Positions 60,027-64,000 of a stretch of DNA of 64,000 nt are shown one piece after another. Below the pieces are notes generated by a model. The model was not told where the DNA came from, searched no databases, and was given only the letters and a program-made list of their open reading frames with translations. Numbering within the stretch: position 1 is the first letter of the stretch; every line of letters starts with the position of its first letter. Position numbers and translations under genes: made by a program. Source of the DNA: an uncultured Planctomycetia bacterium (lineage in GTDB: Bacteria; Omnitrophota; Gorgyraeia; Duberdicusellales; 4484-171); contig CAZAYU010000001.1 of the NCBI GenBank assembly GCA_964489445.1, positions 442,480 to 506,479 of the forward strand, in the 5' to 3' direction.

Positions 60027-61427
60027 TTAATACGCTCCTTTTCTCTTTAGCACCGCAGGTATTGTCCAAAGCATAATCTGTAAATCCAAGCGAAAAGACC
60101 AATTATTAATATACCATAAATCCCATTTAACCCATCTTCTAAATGTTAAATCACTTCTTCCTCTAACTTGAGAAAGTCCGGTCATTCCTGGGCGAATTGC
60201 CAAACGAGACATCTGCTCGCAAGCGTATTGACCTACTTCTCCAGAAGTAGGCGGCCGGGGCCCCACCAAACTCATATCTCCTTTTAACACGTTAAATAAC
60301 TGCGGTAGCTCATCTAGGCTCAAAACCCTCAAGTATCGACCGATTCGAGTAATTCGAGGATCTTTTTTAACCTTAAAAATAATTCCATCCTTTACTTCAT
60401 TCTTACTCAACAATCCTTTTTTTAATTCCTCGGCGTTTTTGACCATTGAACGAAATTTATAGAAATCAAATTCCTTTCCTTTTAACCCGGCACGCTTTTG
60501 AATATAAAATACACTTCCCTCTGAATCAAATTTAATTAATAACGCGATAACAATAAATAACGGAAAAAACACAATCAACAACAATAAAGAGATTAAAAAA
60601 TCAAATACTCTCTTTGCAATAAATTCGGAAGGATGGTGTTTCTTTTCTTTGTAAGAAATAAGCGGAATAAACCCTAAATAATTTATATCTAACACCGGTA
60701 ATGACTCTTCGAAGTCCTGAGGCACCACTTTTAGTCCTAAGTGCATTTTCTTCACTTCTTTAATTAACCCTGACACCGGCTGCCTTTCTTCGGAAGACAC
60801 GATAATAACTTCATCAACGAAAAACTTCTTAGCTATTTTAGTAAAATCATTTATTTTACCCAGCACTTTAAACTTATTTATTGGTTCTGTTGTTTGATCA
60901 TCTAAGAACCCCACCACTTTTAACCCTCTGAATGGATTCTTAATGATTTCTTCAAGAATAATCTTTCCCATGCTGCCTGCTCCAACAATCAACACATTGA
61001 TATTATGAAATCCCTTAGAAATCAACCGTCTTAGAACCAGTCGCTTTATAATCCGAAAACTACACAAGGTCAAACAAAGCATTAAAAAATTTCCGAAAAA
61101 TACAGACCGGGAAAAAAACTTATATTTAGAAAAGAAAATTACTGCAGCAATTAAGATTCCGGTATAAAAAACGCTAAGTACCACTTTCAATATTTCCTCA
61201 GAAATACTTAAGGAGCGATCAGTTGTGTATAAATTTTTATTCCGAAAAGAAACCCCGATAAAAAAAGCCCAAAGAATAAATATAAACAAGTAGCTAACCG
61301 GATTAGGTAAAACTCCTCCGGAAAAAAATCGATACCGAAACACAAACGGAAGATAGAAACTAACAGCCATTAAAATTAAATCCATTGTGATATATAATGG
61401 ATATATTTTGTTAAATGATTTATTCAT
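60027..61427 (-). CDS. undecaprenyl-phosphate sugar phosphotransferase (WcaJ/WbaP family)
   Basis: N-terminal TMs, CoA-binding-like domain, KFRSM, DPRIT, SLDELPQLFNVLKGDMSLVGPRP. Confidence 0.93.
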   Translation of the reverse strand: MNKSFNKIYPLYITMDLILMAVSFYLPFVFRYRFFSGGVLPNPVSYLFIFILWAFFIGVSFRNKNLYTTDRSLSISEEILKVVLSVFYTGILIAAVIFFSKYKFFSRSVFFGNFLMLCLTLCSFRIIKRLVLRRLISKGFHNINVLIVGAGSMGKIILEEIIKNPFRGLKVVGFLDDQTTEPINKFKVLGKINDFTKIAKKFFVDEVIIVSSEERQPVSGLIKEVKKMHLGLKVVPQDFEESLPVLDINYLGFIPLISYKEKKHHPSEFIAKRVFDFLISLLLLIVFFPLFIVIALLIKFDSEGSVFYIQKRAGLKGKEFDFYKFRSMVKNAEELKKGLLSKNEVKDGIIFKVKKDPRITRIGRYLRVLSLDELPQLFNVLKGDMSLVGPRPPTSGEVGQYACEQMSRLAIRPGMTGLSQVRGRSDLTFRRWVKWDLWYINNWSFRLDLQIMLWTIPAVLKRKGAY

Positions 61428-61434
61428 GTAAACA

Positions 61435-62493
61435 TTAAGCCTTTATTTTTTGCTTGGTGCAGATTTCATCAACAATTTGATGGATATTATAAGCATACTC
61501 CCATTGAGGATAATCTTGTTTGAATTTATTAACGTTCGATATGTACCAGATATGGTCACCTTTACGGTTTTGTTCGGAATAATGGATATTTGCTTTTTTG
61601 CTGAATGCTGCCTCAAAGCAGATCACTGCTTCATTCATTGAAATATTAGAATACCGGCTTCCTCCGATATTATACACCTCGCCACAGCGAGGATGCTGAT
61701 AAAAATGCCAAAACGCATTTACTAAATCAAAAGAGTGGATATTATCACGTAACTGTTTCCCCTTATAGCCATAGATGTTATAAGCTCGCTCTTGCGCTAC
61801 GCACTTAGCTAAATAAGCTAAAAATCCATGGAGTTCAGCCCCTTTATGCATCGGTCCAGTCATACACCCTCCGCGAAAACTAACTGTTTTAAGATCAAAG
61901 TATTTTCCGTATTCCTGGACTAAAATATCCGCTGCCACTTTAGAAGCTCCAAATAAACTGTGTAAGCAATTGTCTATCGACATGCTTTCATCTATGCCAT
62001 TGTAAAAAGTATGCTCTTCGGGAAGCTCCCAACGAGTTTCAAGCTCAATTAACGGAAGCTGATTTGGCTTATCACCATAAACTTTATTAGTCGAAGTAAA
62101 AATAAATACTCCATCAGGCGAATATTTACGAAAATTCTCTAATAAATTCAAAGTTCCGTTAGCATTAACTTCAAAATCAGTAAACGGTTCTCTAGCCGCC
62201 CAATCATGAGAAGGCTGTGCTGCAGTATGAATAATTAAGTCAAAATTAAACTCTTTAAATATTTTTTCAATATCTGACTTATTGCGAATATCACAAGAAT
62301 AATGATTATACTTATCCTTAAATCCTTGTTTTAAACTATCAATTATTTCTTTAGTGCTGGCTTCTTGTCCAAAAAAATAAGCCCTTAAATCATTATCTAT
62401 GCCAATAACTTGAAATTCTTTATCAATGAAAAACTTTACCGCTTCTGAACCAATCAACCCCCCAGAACCGGTGACCAACACTGTTTTTTCCAT
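61435..62493 (-). CDS. NAD-dependent epimerase (CDP-paratose 2-epimerase-like SDR)
   Basis: [33 protein letters not shown]. Confidence 0.85.
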   Translation of the reverse strand: MEKTVLVTGSGGLIGSEAVKFFIDKEFQVIGIDNDLRAYFFGQEASTKEIIDSLKQGFKDKYNHYSCDIRNKSDIEKIFKEFNFDLIIHTAAQPSHDWAAREPFTDFEVNANGTLNLLENFRKYSPDGVFIFTSTNKVYGDKPNQLPLIELETRWELPEEHTFYNGIDESMSIDNCLHSLFGASKVAADILVQEYGKYFDLKTVSFRGGCMTGPMHKGAELHGFLAYLAKCVAQERAYNIYGYKGKQLRDNIHSFDLVNAFWHFYQHPRCGEVYNIGGSRYSNISMNEAVICFEAAFSKKANIHYSEQNRKGDHIWYISNVNKFKQDYPQWEYAYNIHQIVDEICTKQKIKA

Positions 62494-62498
62494 TTTAT

Positions 62499-62624
62499 TC
62501 CCTTTAACCTTTATCCCTCATCCTTCTCCCTTCATCTTTCATCTATCATCCCTCGTCCATCATCTTTCTTCCTTCGTCTTTCTCCCGCCTTTTCCCTTTT
62601 TCTACTTCACCCAACCTTAACCAA
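62499..62624 (-). repeat. composite purine-rich tract T6 (downstream of the AbiE pair)
   Basis: GAAAGAC GAAGGAA GAAAGAT GATGGAC GAGGGAT GATAGAT GAAAGAT GAAGGGA GAAGGAT GAGGGAT AAAGGTT AAAGGGA. Confidence 0.85.
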
Positions 62625-62663
62625 TATAACGGTTAGAATAAATACTATTTATTGCTCGTTAGC

Positions 62664-63437
62664 TTAAAATTTAGTTTTAACGTAGTCTTCGAAAAGTAAT
62701 ATTTTCTTTGAATCGTTCGGTTTAACAATAAAAGGCAAAAGATCTTTAGATAGCTGTTCAAAATTAAGACCCCTGCACTTATCTAATAATTTTTGTTTAA
62801 GGTCGAAAGAATCATTTATGTTAATTTTCTGTTTCAAATATTCCATATCCGGCAATGTCTTTGCGTGCAAAAAAACTATATCAAAAAAATCTCTTCCCAT
62901 CGGACGCTTCCGAGTAAAAACAGCAAGTATCTTTTGAGAAAGCAACAAATCACCAGGAACACAAAGAATACGAGTAAAAACTTCAAACTTATTTATCAAT
63001 ATTTTCTCCGGATTATATTTATAATCCTGTGGCTCTGCGTCCAATTGAATAACTAATTTAGCATCTTTGTGTCCTGTAATGCCTGCCTGTTTAAGAATAT
63101 CCGAAAATTTAAAATGGCATACATAAGCCCCTTTAAATGTTGTTTTTATTTCAAGCTTATACCCTTCAAGCTCAAGCCTTTTTTTTATTACTCCTGCAAG
63201 TTCAAGAAAATCATCTTTAGACATTGCTAAATTATCAAAATCCAAGTCTTCAGAAAATCTGGTATTACCATGAACGATCTTAATCGCAGTACCGCCCATA
63301 AAAATTAGCTTATCAAGATACTTTGAATCATAAATAATTTCTAATATTTTATACTGTAGGTACTCCCGTAGAATATTTTTTTTGAACGATTTAAGATTAT
63401 CGGGATAAAATTCGCTAAGCTGTTCGATATTAATCAT
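62664..63437 (-). CDS. AbiEii/AbiGii nucleotidyltransferase toxin
   Basis: LREYLQ, FMGGT, RFSEDLDF, K..A..R..GRDFFD. Confidence 0.9.
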   Translation of the reverse strand: MINIEQLSEFYPDNLKSFKKNILREYLQYKILEIIYDSKYLDKLIFMGGTAIKIVHGNTRFSEDLDFDNLAMSKDDFLELAGVIKKRLELEGYKLEIKTTFKGAYVCHFKFSDILKQAGITGHKDAKLVIQLDAEPQDYKYNPEKILINKFEVFTRILCVPGDLLLSQKILAVFTRKRPMGRDFFDIVFLHAKTLPDMEYLKQKININDSFDLKQKLLDKCRGLNFEQLSKDLLPFIVKPNDSKKILLFEDYVKTKF

Positions 63438-64000
63438 TTTTTAAATATTTTATTAGCTTGTCCATTCTGGCTGATAATCTTTTTTGCCCAAACCTTTTAA
63501 GATAACTACTCATCTTTTGTTTATCTATGTTTTCCCAGAATATTTCTCTGTTAAGCCGTAGCTCTAAAAAGTCTTTTTTTGTCTCATAACGAGGATTTAA
63601 ATATAAAAAATCGAGTATCGCTTTTTCAAAATCAGCTATCTTATAGATACCTTTATTATCCTTAACTATCTTATACCCAAAAAATAACTCCGGCTTAACC
63701 GCCTGATAATAAAACCGGCCTATTTTAGTGCTAAACTGATATTTTCGCTTTGTAGAAATAGATGTAACAGCGTAAACACTCTCAGGAATTAGATTATAAT
63801 GGGATAGGGCCATTTCAAGAGATACATATGAAGGTGTATATATGCGATTAGCAATACAATAAAGAATGCTGTCATTAATTTTAGTACCCTTAAAGACATA
63901 GTATCCTTTAACTATTTTTTGAATATATCCATTATCCTGCCATTCATTCAACCTTCTTCGGTAAAAATTAGCATCAAGCTGTTTAATATCCGAAAGAGAA
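63430..64000 (-). CDS. AbiEi-type antitoxin (5' end truncated by window edge)
   Basis: Frame open to the window end (..SLSDIKQLDANFYRRRLNEWQ..), PSYVSLEMALSHYNLIPE, EKAILD; overlaps the AbiEii start. Confidence 0.85.
   Translation of the reverse strand, partial: SLSDIKQLDANFYRRRLNEWQDNGYIQKIVKGYYVFKGTKINDSILYCIANRIYTPSYVSLEMALSHYNLIPESVYAVTSISTKRKYQFSTKIGRFYYQAVKPELFFGYKIVKDNKGIYKIADFEKAILDFLYLNPRYETKKDFLELRLNREIFWENIDKQKMSSYLKRFGQKRLSARMDKLIKYLKND

Overview
AT-rich bacterial chromosome segment, almost entirely coded on the minus strand. Gene content and order suggest a PVC-group organism such as Candidatus Omnitrophota (inference, not verified). From left to right it holds pssA, an unannotated 39-aa lipoprotein, a GT-C glycosyltransferase, initiator tRNA-fMet and ftsB-eno. 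Next come a ~13 kb argCJBDFGH-lysA-dapFABL superoperon, assorted housekeeping genes (RluA-type, cNMP-patatin, GH1, ACT, UvrD) and an ECF sigma/ZAS anti-sigma operon with its own ECF promoter. These are followed by cinA-thpR (inverted), pgpA-pgsA-rimO-rodZ-ftsK-pnp-rpsO, a CoA transferase, and xseB-[rhuM/fic]-xseA. The right end is a ~21 kb surface-polysaccharide locus (neuBCA, O- and C-methyltransferases, wzx, waaL, wcaJ-like) next to an AbiE toxin-antitoxin pair. The most unusual signal is non-coding. (i) An identical 40-bp palindrome-cored direct repeat brackets the rhuM/fic gene as a 1108-bp unit between xseA and xseB, and a third solo copy lies between pgsA and pgpA. (ii) Six purine-rich, sense-strand tracts of degenerate 7-mers and 6-mers (GANGGAN, AAAGGTT, RAGGTT) sit at gene junctions, share composite architecture, and abut the solo 40-bp copy and the AbiE pair. 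Together they suggest an undescribed intergenic docking-site / gene-cassette system. This is a hypothesis: no recombinase is present in the window.
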